From: Hyphomicrobiaceae bacterium
GTDB lineage: Bacteria > Pseudomonadota > Alphaproteobacteria > Rhizobiales > Hyphomicrobiaceae
Assembly: GCA_035283385.1 (NCBI GenBank)
Contig: DATETZ010000179.1
Coordinates: 270-64,269 of the forward strand
Direction of reading: 5' to 3'
Length of the DNA stretch: 64,000 nucleotides
Shown in pieces: positions 30,510 through 40,513 of this stretch. The notes below the pieces were generated by a model, which was not told the DNA's origin, searched no databases, and worked only from the letters and a program-made list of their open reading frames with translations. Position numbers and translations under genes: made by a program. Position 1 is the stretch's first letter. Every line of letters begins with the position of its first letter.

Positions 30510-31265
30510 ATGAACAAAATGGCAAAGACGATCACCGCCGCGAGCGAGCCCATGGGCGACAGCGAGTTCGAGGCCGCGATCCGCGCCGTCGGCGCCGAGC
30601 GCTACCACGACAAGCACCCCTTCCATAAACTCTTGCATGGCGGAAGGCTCAATAAGGGTCAGGTGCAGGCCTGGGCGCTCAACCGCTATTGCTACCAGGC
30701 CGCGGTGCCGCGCAAGGATGCGGCGCTGATGAGCCGCTCGCACGACCGCGAGTTCCGCCGCGAGTGGATCCATCGCGTGCACGATCACGACGGCTTCGGG
30801 GAGGAGGCCGGCGGCATCGAGCGTTGGCTCGTGCTCACCGACGCTCTCGGTCTCGACCGCGCCTACGTGACGAGCATGCAGGGCGCGCTGCCCGCGACCC
30901 GCTTCGCCGTCGAGGCCTACGTCAGGTTCGTGGTCGAGAACCCGCTTGTCGTCGCCGTCGCCTCGTCGCTGACCGAGCTGTTCGCGCCGGCAATCCACAA
31001 GGAGCGGATCGCCGGAATGCTCGAGAACTACGACTTCGTCAACGAGGAGGTGATGGCCTACTTCCGGCGCCGGCTGACGCAAGCGCCGCGCGACGCCCAG
31101 TTCGCTCTCGACTACGTGAAACGCAGCGCCCGCACGCGCGAGGAGCAGGAGGCGTGCGTCGCGGCCGTGCGCTTCAAGTGCAATACGCTATGGTCGCAGC
31201 TCGATGCGCTGCACCACGCCTACGTCGAGCCGGGCTTGATCCCGCCGGGCGCGTTCCGCCCATAA
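30510..31265 (+). CDS. pqqC: Pyrroloquinoline-quinone synthase PqqC (stand-alone copy)
   Basis: YH..HPFH, QAWALNRY.YQ...P.KDA, DHDG, GGIERWL, SSLTELFAP.IH..R, YF..RL.QA.RD, FKC..LWSQLDAL. Confidence 0.9.
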   Translation: MNKMAKTITAASEPMGDSEFEAAIRAVGAERYHDKHPFHKLLHGGRLNKGQVQAWALNRYCYQAAVPRKDAALMSRSHDREFRREWIHRVHDHDGFGEEAGGIERWLVLTDALGLDRAYVTSMQGALPATRFAVEAYVRFVVENPLVVAVASSLTELFAPAIHKERIAGMLENYDFVNEEVMAYFRRRLTQAPRDAQFALDYVKRSARTREEQEACVAAVRFKCNTLWSQLDALHHAYVEPGLIPPGAFRP

Positions 31266-31490
31266 GGCAATCGCCCGACAAGCAGCGCAGCGCCGGCGCT
31301 TCGCCCGCCTCTTTCTGATCGGCGGGGTCGAGGGGCCTCCGGGCAGCGACGGTTTTTGCAGTCAGCAGAGAGAAGCCGGCCGGCTCCTTCACACGTCCTG
31401 ACGCCCCCGTCGGGGCGGGGGTCGCACAGTCGTTGAGGATCGGCCGGCATCGCTGGCCGGCAGGGAAGCAACCGGCCAACTCGAACTTTT

Positions 31491-32189
31491 TTAGGCTCCC
31501 TCAGCCAGGCGCGTAAGTTGAGCCAAATCGACGAGGCGAACCTCGGTGCCGCGCCTCAGCTCGATGACGCCCATCACCTTGAGCTTGGTGATCGTGCGGC
31601 TCACGGTTTCGATCGTGAGGCCGAGGAGATCGGCAATATCGGAGCGCCGCATGGGCAACCTGACCAGGCCGCCGCTCTCCTGGCCCACCCGCCGATGCAG
31701 CATCATCAAGAACGAAGCCAGACGCTCGAGGGCGCTGCGCTGGCCGACGGTGACCAGAAGATTGCGCGTCGCGGCGAGCTCCTGGCAGACAGCCTTGTAG
31801 AGCCGCAAGGCGAGGTTGGGATCCGCCTCGGCGGCATGCTCGAGAGCGGACGCGGAAAGGCAGCGCACCTTGGCCGGGCAGGTCGCCTGCGCAGAGAGCA
31901 CATGCTCGTCCAGCACGCCCAATCCAATGAGATCGCCCGGATAGGCGAAGTCGATGACCTGGCGCCGGCCATCGGGGAGTGTTTTGTAGACGGCGACCAC
32001 GCCCTCCTCGATGCGGAACACATGGATGCGGGGATCGCCTTCGCAGAACACGTGCTCCTTGCTCTCGAGCCTGCGCAGGCTGGCGTGCGCGAGACGAACC
32101 TCCAACGCCGCGTCAGGGCAATTCGCCGGCGCGGCGGCCTGGGGTCGAGGGCTGAGATGGGGAATTTCAACAGTCCGTAAGGCTAGCAT
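31491..32189 (-). CDS. fixK: Crp/Fnr family regulator, FixK type
   Basis: DGRRQV..F..PGD, MRRSDIADLLGLTIETVSR (FNR-type ExxSR recognition helix); no N-terminal Cys cluster. Confidence 0.8.
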   Translation of the reverse strand: MLALRTVEIPHLSPRPQAAAPANCPDAALEVRLAHASLRRLESKEHVFCEGDPRIHVFRIEEGVVAVYKTLPDGRRQVIDFAYPGDLIGLGVLDEHVLSAQATCPAKVRCLSASALEHAAEADPNLALRLYKAVCQELAATRNLLVTVGQRSALERLASFLMMLHRRVGQESGGLVRLPMRRSDIADLLGLTIETVSRTITKLKVMGVIELRRGTEVRLVDLAQLTRLAEGA

Positions 32190-32294
32190 TTTGAAGCCTC
32201 CCTGCGCGTTGGGCCACCGGGCACCGCGTGCCCAGGAGTCGCTAGGGATTAGAGTGCCGCTTCGGATCGCCGGTATGCTCGCTCCGTGAGCAAT

Positions 32295-32310
32295 TGTAAC
32301 GGAATGTAAC
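32295..32310 (-). promoter_or_regulatory. K-box (FxkR-type binding site) upstream of fixK
   Basis: Minus strand reads GTTACA-TTCC-GTTACA, an exact match to the GTTACA-N4-GTTACA K-box described for Rhizobium etli fixKf. Confidence 0.8.
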
Positions 32311-32375
32311 AGGGAGCTTCTTCCGCTTATGGGCGGCCGGACCAAGAACTTCCGGTTCGGAGCAGCATCGCCCGC

Positions 32376-32389
32376 GTGACTTCGATCAA
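32376..32389. promoter_or_regulatory. Imperfect FNR/FixK box upstream of the hemerythrin-like gene
   Basis: GTGAC-TTCG-ATCAA, centred about 65 nt before ATG 32448. Confidence 0.5.
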
Positions 32390-32447
32390 TGAGTCCTGGA
32401 TCAGGCGCCGCTAGGCTCCGGCCCTTGACGACCGCGAGGGTTGGGCA

Positions 32448-33038
32448 ATGGCTGCAGGGAAACCGTCCCGGGGGCCGGACGGCAGGTCTGGTGGGCAGAA
32501 CCGGCCGCGCCAGGAGTGGCACGATCCGCGCCAGCGCGTGGCAGCCGACCGCATGCTTCAGCACGAAATCTCCGACGCGCTCGAAAGCCTCGCCGACACC
32601 CTGCCCGATCTCGTGGATTACCGACTGGGCCGCGCCTTGCTCGCCGTGATCGAGCCGAGCTGGACCGAGCATACGAGCTTCCAGGACGAAGCGTTGTTCC
32701 CCATCCTGTTGCGCCGGCACGCAGGCTCTGACAAGCTTTCTGTGCATGTGGAGCGGTTCCGGCGCGAGCACGTGGAGATCGGCTCTCGCCACGAGGAGGT
32801 GATCGAGCAGATCGAGCTCTTGATCACCGAGCGGATAGCGAACACCGACGCGTTCGGCTATCTGCTCCGCAACGTGTTCGACAGCCGTCGCCGGCACATG
32901 GAAGCGGAAACGGCGGTCCTCGATCCGCTGTTGCCGAACCTGCTCGCCCCGGCCGACCGGCTCGCGCTCAGCGAATGGAGCGCGGCGCGCCCCAAGCCGC
33001 CATTCCCAATCAGCCTGCTGCTCGGGATCCGAGATTGA
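32448..33038 (+). CDS. Hemerythrin/HHE-domain protein
   Basis: LE.LAD.LP, H....DEALFP.L, EH, GYLLR..F....RHM.AE..VL.P. Confidence 0.75.
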   Translation: MAAGKPSRGPDGRSGGQNRPRQEWHDPRQRVAADRMLQHEISDALESLADTLPDLVDYRLGRALLAVIEPSWTEHTSFQDEALFPILLRRHAGSDKLSVHVERFRREHVEIGSRHEEVIEQIELLITERIANTDAFGYLLRNVFDSRRRHMEAETAVLDPLLPNLLAPADRLALSEWSAARPKPPFPISLLLGIRD

Positions 33039-33097
33039 GACAGGCGCGATCGTTGCCCCGCGGTCCACCGGCCGATCAATCGAAGGACTCTCCGGAT

Positions 33098-33805
<708 letters not shown>

Positions 33806-33815
33806 GCCGGCGGCA

Positions 33816-36179
33816 ATGAGCATGCTCGACCGCAAGCTCATGAGGGATCTGGTCCGGCTTTGGGCGCAGGCGCTGGCGATCGCGCTCGTCGTCGCATCGG
33901 GCTTCGCGACCCTCATCTTGGGCATCGGCGCGCGCCGCTCACTCGACGAAACGCGCGCGGCCTACTACGAGCGCTACGCCTTCGCCGATGTTTTCGCGAG
34001 CTTGAAGCGCGCGCCCAAGGAGCTTGGCGGCCGCATCCTGGAAATTCCAGGCGCTGTCGCGGTGGAGCTGCGCGTGATGGAACGCACGCTCCTCGATATC
34101 GAGGGAGCGGCGGCGCCAGTCAGCGGGATCGTCATTTCGCTGCCGGATCACGGTGAGGCGAGGCTCAACCGCCTTTACATGCGCGCGGGGCGCACGCCCG
34201 AGCCCGGCAAGCCCGATGAGGCGGTCGTCAACGAGGCCTTCGCCGCGGCCAACCACCTCGGGCTCGGATCGCACTTCACGGCCAACATCAACGGCCGCAA
34301 GCGCGCGCTCGAGATCGTCGGGATCGCGCTCTCGCCGGAGTTCATTTATGCGCTCGGGCCCGGCGACATCGTCCCCGACGACCGCCGCTTCGGCGTGCTC
34401 TGGATGTCGGAGAAGGCGCTTGCGGGATTGTTTGATCTCGAGGGCGCGTTCAACTCCGTGGCGGTGAAGCTTCTCTCCGGCGAGAGCGCGCAGGGGGTCA
34501 TAGAGAGGCTCGACCGGCTGCTCGAGCGCTACGGCGGCGTCGGCGCCTACGCGCGCGAGAACCATACTTCGCATGCGTTCCTCGACAGCGAACTCGAGCA
34601 GCTCGCCGCCATGAGCCGAGTCATTCCGCCGATCTTCCTCGCCGTCTCGGCGTTCTTGATGAACATGACGCTCGCGCGCCTTATCGCGCTCGAACGCGAG
34701 CAGATCGGCCTGCTCAAGGCGCTGGGCTACGGCCGGCTCGCCGTCGCCTCGCACTACCTGAAATTCGCACTGGCTATCGCCGTTGCCGGCGCGCTCGTCG
34801 GAGCGTTCGCCGGCACATGGCTGGGGCGCGGCCTGACCCGGCTCTATGGCGACTTCTTTCATTTCCCGTTCCTGATCTTCCGGCGCGACCTCGACATTTA
34901 TCTGTTCGCGGCAGCCGTCTCGGGGGCCGCCGCCGTCGCGGGGGCCCTGCGCGCCGTCTTGCAAGCGTTGTCATTGCCCCCTGCCGTCGCGATGCAGCCG
35001 CCGGCGCCGCCGCGATACAGCAAGCTCTGGGGCGAGGGGCTCGGCTTCATGCAGGTGTTCTCCCAGCTCACGATCATGGCGTTGCGGAGCATGGTGCGCG
35101 GACCGGTGCGCGCGGCGACGACGCTCATCGGCATAGCGCTGGCGGCGGGCCTGTTGGTGACTGCGATGTTCGCGCTCGACTCGCTCGAGTTCATGATCGA
35201 CGTGTCTTTTTTCCGCTCCTCGCGCCAGCACGCGACGCTCACTCTTGCCGAGGCGCAGTCGATGCGGGTCGTGCAATCCGTCGAGAGGCTCCCGGGCGTC
35301 ATGAGGGCCGAGCCCTACCGCGCGGTGGCGGTGCGCCTGAGGAATGGCCACCTCGAGCGGCGTTTGGCCATCATCGGCAAGCCGCCGGGGCAGGACTTGA
35401 GCCGGGTCGTCGACAAGGACTTGAGGCCCGTGGAACCGCTCAGATCGGGGCTTCTCATCAACGACCGAGTCGCCGAGGTTCTCGGCTTGAGACGCGGGGA
35501 TACGGTCGAGGTCGAGGTTCTCGAGGGCAAGCGCGGCACGCGGCGCGCCGTAGTGGCGGACATCATCGAATCGTACCTCGGACTTACCGCCTACATGGAC
35601 CTCGACGCGCTGAACGAGCTGCTCGACGAGGGCTCGCGGGTGAGCGGCATCCATATCTCCTACGACCTCGCGCAGGAGGAGAGCCTCTACAGGGCCGTGA
35701 AGAGGACGCCGACAATCGCCTCGGTCCAGATGCAGCGCGTCTCGCTCGCCAAGTTCCGCGAGACCGTCAGCCAGAACATCACCTTCATGACCACGGTGTA
35801 TGTCACTTTGAGCGTCATCATCGCCTTCGGGGTCGTCTATAATAGTGCCCGCGTTCAGCTTTCCGAGCGGGCGCGCGAGCTTGCGAGCCTCAGGGTCTTG
35901 GGCTTCACGCGCGCGGAGGTGAGCCGGGTGCTGTTGACCGAGCTTCTGATCCTGATGCTCTTGGCGCAGCCGCTCGGCTGGGGGCTCGGCTACCTGTTTG
36001 CATTCGCGGTAATTCAAGGCTTTGCCAGCGATCTGTTCACGATACCGTTCATGATCGAGCCGAGAACGTACGCGCGGGCGAGCCTCGTCGTGCTCACGGC
36101 GTCGGCGGTTTCCACGCTCATCGTCCGCCGTCGCGTCGACCGGCTGGACCTCGTCGCCGTCCTCAAGACCCGAGACTAG
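33816..36179 (+). CDS. ABC transporter permease (duplicated FtsX/MacB-type)
   Basis: Two FtsX-like modules (EREQIGLLKALGY; ERARELASLRVLGF). Confidence 0.9.
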   Translation: MSMLDRKLMRDLVRLWAQALAIALVVASGFATLILGIGARRSLDETRAAYYERYAFADVFASLKRAPKELGGRILEIPGAVAVELRVMERTLLDIEGAAAPVSGIVISLPDHGEARLNRLYMRAGRTPEPGKPDEAVVNEAFAAANHLGLGSHFTANINGRKRALEIVGIALSPEFIYALGPGDIVPDDRRFGVLWMSEKALAGLFDLEGAFNSVAVKLLSGESAQGVIERLDRLLERYGGVGAYARENHTSHAFLDSELEQLAAMSRVIPPIFLAVSAFLMNMTLARLIALEREQIGLLKALGYGRLAVASHYLKFALAIAVAGALVGAFAGTWLGRGLTRLYGDFFHFPFLIFRRDLDIYLFAAAVSGAAAVAGALRAVLQALSLPPAVAMQPPAPPRYSKLWGEGLGFMQVFSQLTIMALRSMVRGPVRAATTLIGIALAAGLLVTAMFALDSLEFMIDVSFFRSSRQHATLTLAEAQSMRVVQSVERLPGVMRAEPYRAVAVRLRNGHLERRLAIIGKPPGQDLSRVVDKDLRPVEPLRSGLLINDRVAEVLGLRRGDTVEVEVLEGKRGTRRAVVADIIESYLGLTAYMDLDALNELLDEGSRVSGIHISYDLAQEESLYRAVKRTPTIASVQMQRVSLAKFRETVSQNITFMTTVYVTLSVIIAFGVVYNSARVQLSERARELASLRVLGFTRAEVSRVLLTELLILMLLAQPLGWGLGYLFAFAVIQGFASDLFTIPFMIEPRTYARASLVVLTASAVSTLIVRRRVDRLDLVAVLKTRD

Positions 36180-36181
36180 AG

Positions 36182-37417
36182 GTGCGCGCAGTGGAGAAGC
36201 TCAAGGCTATCTGGGTGAAGCGGGCTCTGCTTGCGGGCTTGGGGCTGGCGATCGTTGCGGGTCTTGTCGTCGCACTGGCGCCGCAGCCGGTTCCCGTCGA
36301 TACCGCCAAGGTGACGCGGGCGCGGCTCAGCGTGACCGTCGACGAGGAGGGCAAGACCCGCATCAGAAACGTCTACGTCGTGGCAGCGCCGATCAGCGGC
36401 AAGGTGCTCCGGTCGCCGCTCCACGTGGGAGATGCGGTCGCCAAAGACGAAACGATCGTCGCCGTCATTCAACCGGCCGCGCCGCCGTTCCTCGACGTGA
36501 GAAGCAGCACGGTGCTCGCGGCCCAAGTCAAGGCGTGTGAGGCGAACGTCGGGCTTGCCGAGGCGGAACTGCGCCAAGCGCGCGCGGAGCTTGAATTTGC
36601 CGAGAGCGAGCACGAGCGAGCAGCGACGCTTGTCAAGAAGGCCGTTGCCCCGGAGCGGGTGCTCGAGAAAGCCCGGCTCGATCTCGAATTACGCCGGGCG
36701 GCCGTCGTGCGCGCCGAGGCCGGCATTTCGCTTCGCAAGCGAGAGCTCGAGAGCGCCAAGGCCCGGCTGTTGGGCCCCGAGGAGCCGCCGATGCGCGAGG
36801 CCACCGAGTCCGCATGCTGGTTCGAGGTCAAGTCGCCCGAAAGCGGCCGTGTGCTGAAGCTCGTCGCCGAAAGCGAGCAGCCGCTCGAGATCGGGGCGCC
36901 GCTCATCGAAATCGGTGATCCCGGGGACCTTGAGATCGTGGTCGAGCTCCTGTCGGCGGATGCCGTCAAGGTGCGTGCCGGCGCGGCGGCAACCGTCGAG
37001 GGCTGGGGCGGTCCGCCCTTGAGGGCGCGCGTCGATCGTGTCGAGCCGTCGGGCTTCACCAAGGTCTCGGCGCTCGGCATCGAGGAGCAGCGGGTCAAGA
37101 CGATCCTGGCCCTCGAGGGCTCGCCGGCTCAGTGGGCGCGGCTCGGCCATGACTTCCGCGTGTTCGTGCGCATCGACGTGTTCGAGGCCGCGGCTGCGCT
37201 GCAGGTGCCCTTAGGGGCCCTCTTCCGGCGCGGTAACGAGTGGCACGTCTTCGTGTTCGACGAGGGTAGGGCTCGGGCGCGGCGAGTCGACATTGGCGAG
37301 CGCAATTCATCCGTCGGCGAGGTTCTCACGGGGCTCGAGGAAAACGAGCGGATCGTCCTGCATCCGAGCGACCGTATCGCAGATGGCGTTCGTGTTACGG
37401 AACGCTCGACCGAGTGA
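36182..37417 (+). CDS. Efflux periplasmic adaptor (HlyD/MFP family)
   Basis: N-terminal TM, lipoyl half-motifs (AAPISG, KSPESG) flanking a coiled coil, TKVSALGIEEQRV. Confidence 0.9.
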   Translation: MRAVEKLKAIWVKRALLAGLGLAIVAGLVVALAPQPVPVDTAKVTRARLSVTVDEEGKTRIRNVYVVAAPISGKVLRSPLHVGDAVAKDETIVAVIQPAAPPFLDVRSSTVLAAQVKACEANVGLAEAELRQARAELEFAESEHERAATLVKKAVAPERVLEKARLDLELRRAAVVRAEAGISLRKRELESAKARLLGPEEPPMREATESACWFEVKSPESGRVLKLVAESEQPLEIGAPLIEIGDPGDLEIVVELLSADAVKVRAGAAATVEGWGGPPLRARVDRVEPSGFTKVSALGIEEQRVKTILALEGSPAQWARLGHDFRVFVRIDVFEAAAALQVPLGALFRRGNEWHVFVFDEGRARARRVDIGERNSSVGEVLTGLEENERIVLHPSDRIADGVRVTERSTE

Positions 37418-37495
37418 GCATGCGCATTGACGCCACCGGCGTGCCTGGCAGAGCGGGCGGCTGACACCTAGATATGGGGTGGCGGCGGGCCGGCC

Positions 37496-37509
37496 TTGAT
37501 GTGCGTCAA
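37496..37509. promoter_or_regulatory. FNR/FixK box upstream of phaC
   Basis: TTGAT-GTGC-GTCAA, centred about 62 nt before the ATG. Confidence 0.8.
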
Positions 37510-37564
37510 CGCGAGCGGGCCGCAAGCGGGCCACTTAGAGTGAATTCAGCGACGGAGACGAGCC

Positions 37565-39463
37565 ATGGCGGACGGCCGAGCGCTTCGCATCGAGCCCAGG
37601 GAGAGACCCGAGCCGGAAAAGCTGGAGACGGTCGAGATGCCGGTGCCCGTGAGCACAAGCGCTGCCGACGCGGCGTGCAAGCTCATGGAGATGGCCGAGA
37701 TCCAGTTCGACGCGGCGAATGGTTCCCTCAAGGGGTTCGCCGAGGCGATCGACCGCACCATGAAGTTCAACCTCTCGCGCTTCACCGTGGGTCTCGCCCC
37801 GGCGGCGCTCGCGGGGGCCTATCTCGACTGGCTGATCAATCTTTCCGCATCTCCCGGAAAGCAGGTGCAGCTGTTCGAGGACGGCGCGCGGGCAGCGGCG
37901 CGTCTCGCGCATCACATTTCTTGCTGCTTGCTGCTACCTGGACGGATCGAGCCATGCATTGCTCCGCGCGCCAACGATAAGCGGTTCGTTGCGCCGGAGT
38001 GGCAGCAGTGGCCTTTCAATGCGATCCATCAAGCCTTCCTGCTCGGGCAGCAGTGGTGGGACGAGGCGACCACGGGGGTTCGCGGCGTTACCCGGCAGCA
38101 TGAGCGCGAGGTGTCGTTCGGGGCGCGCCAGATGCTCGACATGTTCTCGCCTGCGAACTTCGTCCTGACCAACCCGATCGTCCTCAACCGGACACTGGCC
38201 GAGGGCGGCGCCAATCTCGTGCGCGGATGGATGAACTTTCTCGAGGATTGGGAGCGGGCCTCTAGCGGGCGCCCGCCGGTCGGCATCGAGCGCTTCAAGG
38301 TCGGCGAGAACATCGCGGTAACGCCGGGCCGGGTCGTGTTCCGCAATCGCCTGATCGAGCTCATCCAGTACGAGCCGACCACGCCACGCGTTCGGCCGGA
38401 GCCCGTGCTCATCGTGCCCGCGTGGATCATGAAATACTACATTCTTGATCTGTCGCCCGAGAACTCGCTCGTCAGGTACCTCGTCGGTCAGGGCTTCACC
38501 GTGTTCATGATCTCCTGGAACAACCCGGATTCGGAAGACCGCGACCTCGGCATGGAGGATTACCGGACCCTCGGCGTGATGGCGGCACTCGACGCCGTGG
38601 GCCGCATCGTGCCCGACACACCCGTCCACGCCACCGGTTATTGCCTCGGAGGGACGCTGCTCGCCATCGCCGCCGCCGCGATGGCAAGGGGCGATGTGGC
38701 GCCCGACGGCTCGCGCCTCAAGACTCTGAGCCTGTTCGCTGGCCAGGCGGACTTCACCGAGGCGGGCGAGCTCACCCTGTTCATCAACGAGAGCCAGCTC
38801 GCCTTCCTCGAGGACGTGATGCGCGAGCAAGGCTATCTCGCCGCGAACCAGATGGCGGGGGCCTTCAGAATCTTGCGCTCGAACGATCTCATCTGGTCGC
38901 GCGTCGTCCGAGATTATCTGATGGGCGAGCGCACGCCCGTCTTCGACCTCATGGCGTGGAACGCGGATTCGACCCGCATGCCGGCGCGCATGCACGCCGA
39001 ATATCTGCGCCGGCTGTTCCTCGACAACGACCTTGCCGAGGGCCGTTACAAGGTGAATGGAAAACCGGTGGCGCTGACCGACATCCGCGCGCCGATCCTC
39101 GCCGTCGGCACCGAAACCGACCACGTTGCGCCGTGGCGGAGCGTCTACAAGTTTCGTCTCCTCGCCGATACCGACGTGACGTTCGTGCTCACGGGGGGCG
39201 GCCACAATGCGGGGATCATCTCTGCGCCAGGTCGGGCCGACCGCAGCTACCGTGTCGCGACGGCGAAGGCGACAGACACTTACGTCGATCCCGACACCTG
39301 GCTCGCAGAGACGCCCGTCAGGGCGGGCTCCTGGTGGCCCGAGTGGACGCGCTGGCTCGCCGCCCGCTCCGGCGAAGAGACCGCGCCACCGCCGATGGGC
39401 GAGCCGGGAGTGGACGCCGCGGCGCTTCCGCGTGCGCCGGGGACGTACGTCTTGGAGCGCTGA
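37565..39463 (+). CDS. phaC: Polyhydroxyalkanoate synthase (class I-like, PhaC2 type)
   Basis: VTPGRVV.RN.LIELIQY, WIMKYYILDL, GYCLGG lipase box, DH, GHNAG, SWWPEW. Confidence 0.9.
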   Translation: MADGRALRIEPRERPEPEKLETVEMPVPVSTSAADAACKLMEMAEIQFDAANGSLKGFAEAIDRTMKFNLSRFTVGLAPAALAGAYLDWLINLSASPGKQVQLFEDGARAAARLAHHISCCLLLPGRIEPCIAPRANDKRFVAPEWQQWPFNAIHQAFLLGQQWWDEATTGVRGVTRQHEREVSFGARQMLDMFSPANFVLTNPIVLNRTLAEGGANLVRGWMNFLEDWERASSGRPPVGIERFKVGENIAVTPGRVVFRNRLIELIQYEPTTPRVRPEPVLIVPAWIMKYYILDLSPENSLVRYLVGQGFTVFMISWNNPDSEDRDLGMEDYRTLGVMAALDAVGRIVPDTPVHATGYCLGGTLLAIAAAAMARGDVAPDGSRLKTLSLFAGQADFTEAGELTLFINESQLAFLEDVMREQGYLAANQMAGAFRILRSNDLIWSRVVRDYLMGERTPVFDLMAWNADSTRMPARMHAEYLRRLFLDNDLAEGRYKVNGKPVALTDIRAPILAVGTETDHVAPWRSVYKFRLLADTDVTFVLTGGGHNAGIISAPGRADRSYRVATAKATDTYVDPDTWLAETPVRAGSWWPEWTRWLAARSGEETAPPPMGEPGVDAAALPRAPGTYVLER

Positions 39464-39475
39464 GGCGGCGGCGCG

Positions 39476-40453
39476 TCAATCGAAGGAGAAATCGGCGACG
39501 ACCGGCGCGTGATAAGACCCCGCCGCGTGCCGCGTCTTGCCATAGCCGACCAGCTCGTCGCCGAGCGTCTCGTTGTGGATCTCGATCGAGCGGAAGCGGG
39601 CGAGCAGGGCGCGGCTCGCGAGAATATGGTCCAGCATCTGCGGGCGCCCGTGATGGAGCACGCTGAACCTGCGGTCGGCCGCGAGCGAGCGGTCGAGCAC
39701 GACCAGGGAGCGGGCCGCGAGCCTGCCGTTGCCGGTGTCCTCCTCGGCGCCGACAAGGATCTTGAGCGGCGTCTCGTGGTCCTCGGCGTTGAAGTCGCCG
39801 GCCACGGCGATGAGGCGGTGCGGGTCAGCATCGAACAGGCTATCGACCGTCATGCGTCCTTCGAGAGCCTGCGCCGATCGCTTCCAGGCGGACAGGAAGT
39901 AGCCTTCGGCCCACCCGGAGATCGATTTCCAGACGAAGGGTGCCTCCTTTTGACCCGGAATGGGGGTCGCCAAGGGTGCGCGCAGATGCACATTGAGCAC
40001 GGTGAGGTCGAGGCCGGCGCCGGGCCTGATGTGGCACATGAGGATCGGGCGCTCGAAGCCGATCAGGGAATGACCCTCAGCCGGCGGCACTGCCGTGAGC
40101 GTGCGATAGCTCAACGGGGGAATGAGCGAATTGCGCAGCTCGCGGTGCTCCGCGATGGGCCAGCGCGACAGCGTGACGAGGTTGTGCACGTCGGCGACGC
40201 CGCGCCCGCCGGGAGCCGAGGTTGCGGCGCGCATGAAGCCGGCATAGGCCGTTCCGGCGAGCAGCTCATCGAGCGCATCAAGCGTGCGCACGGTGGCGCC
40301 TCTGCGATACTGGCCGTTCACTTCTTGCAAGCAGAGGACATCGGCCTCGAGCCGCTCGAGCTGGGGTCGCAGCAGGCCGATGCGCTCCTCGAGCGGCACC
40401 TCCGCCCGGGGCGGCAGATCGAGGCTCTCGAGATTGAAGGTCGCGATCCGCAT
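39476..40453 (-). CDS. Endonuclease/exonuclease/phosphatase family protein
   Basis: MRIATFNLE, ADVLCLQEV, HL, GDFNA, LDHIL, S.HAPV. Confidence 0.88.
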   Translation of the reverse strand: MRIATFNLESLDLPPRAEVPLEERIGLLRPQLERLEADVLCLQEVNGQYRRGATVRTLDALDELLAGTAYAGFMRAATSAPGGRGVADVHNLVTLSRWPIAEHRELRNSLIPPLSYRTLTAVPPAEGHSLIGFERPILMCHIRPGAGLDLTVLNVHLRAPLATPIPGQKEAPFVWKSISGWAEGYFLSAWKRSAQALEGRMTVDSLFDADPHRLIAVAGDFNAEDHETPLKILVGAEEDTGNGRLAARSLVVLDRSLAADRRFSVLHHGRPQMLDHILASRALLARFRSIEIHNETLGDELVGYGKTRHAAGSYHAPVVADFSFD

Positions 40454-40513
40454 CGAGGCCTCGTGTCGCGGCACCGGCCGCTTTTCGGCGGCCCGAACTC
40501 ATCGGGCTCGCGG

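Noticed and set aside
30510-31265. TenA/CADD-like protein instead of PqqC
   Set aside because: The full set of PqqC-specific motifs is present along the whole length
31491-32189. O2-sensing FnrN/FNR with a 4Fe-4S cluster
   Set aside because: Cys residues are scattered and there is no N-terminal clustered Cys motif, so it is FixK-type
32190-33068. Long N-terminal extension of the 525-aa fixK ORF
   Set aside because: It is the antisense shadow of the hemerythrin-like gene; a GGAGG RBS precedes ATG 32189 and the K-box lies in this interval
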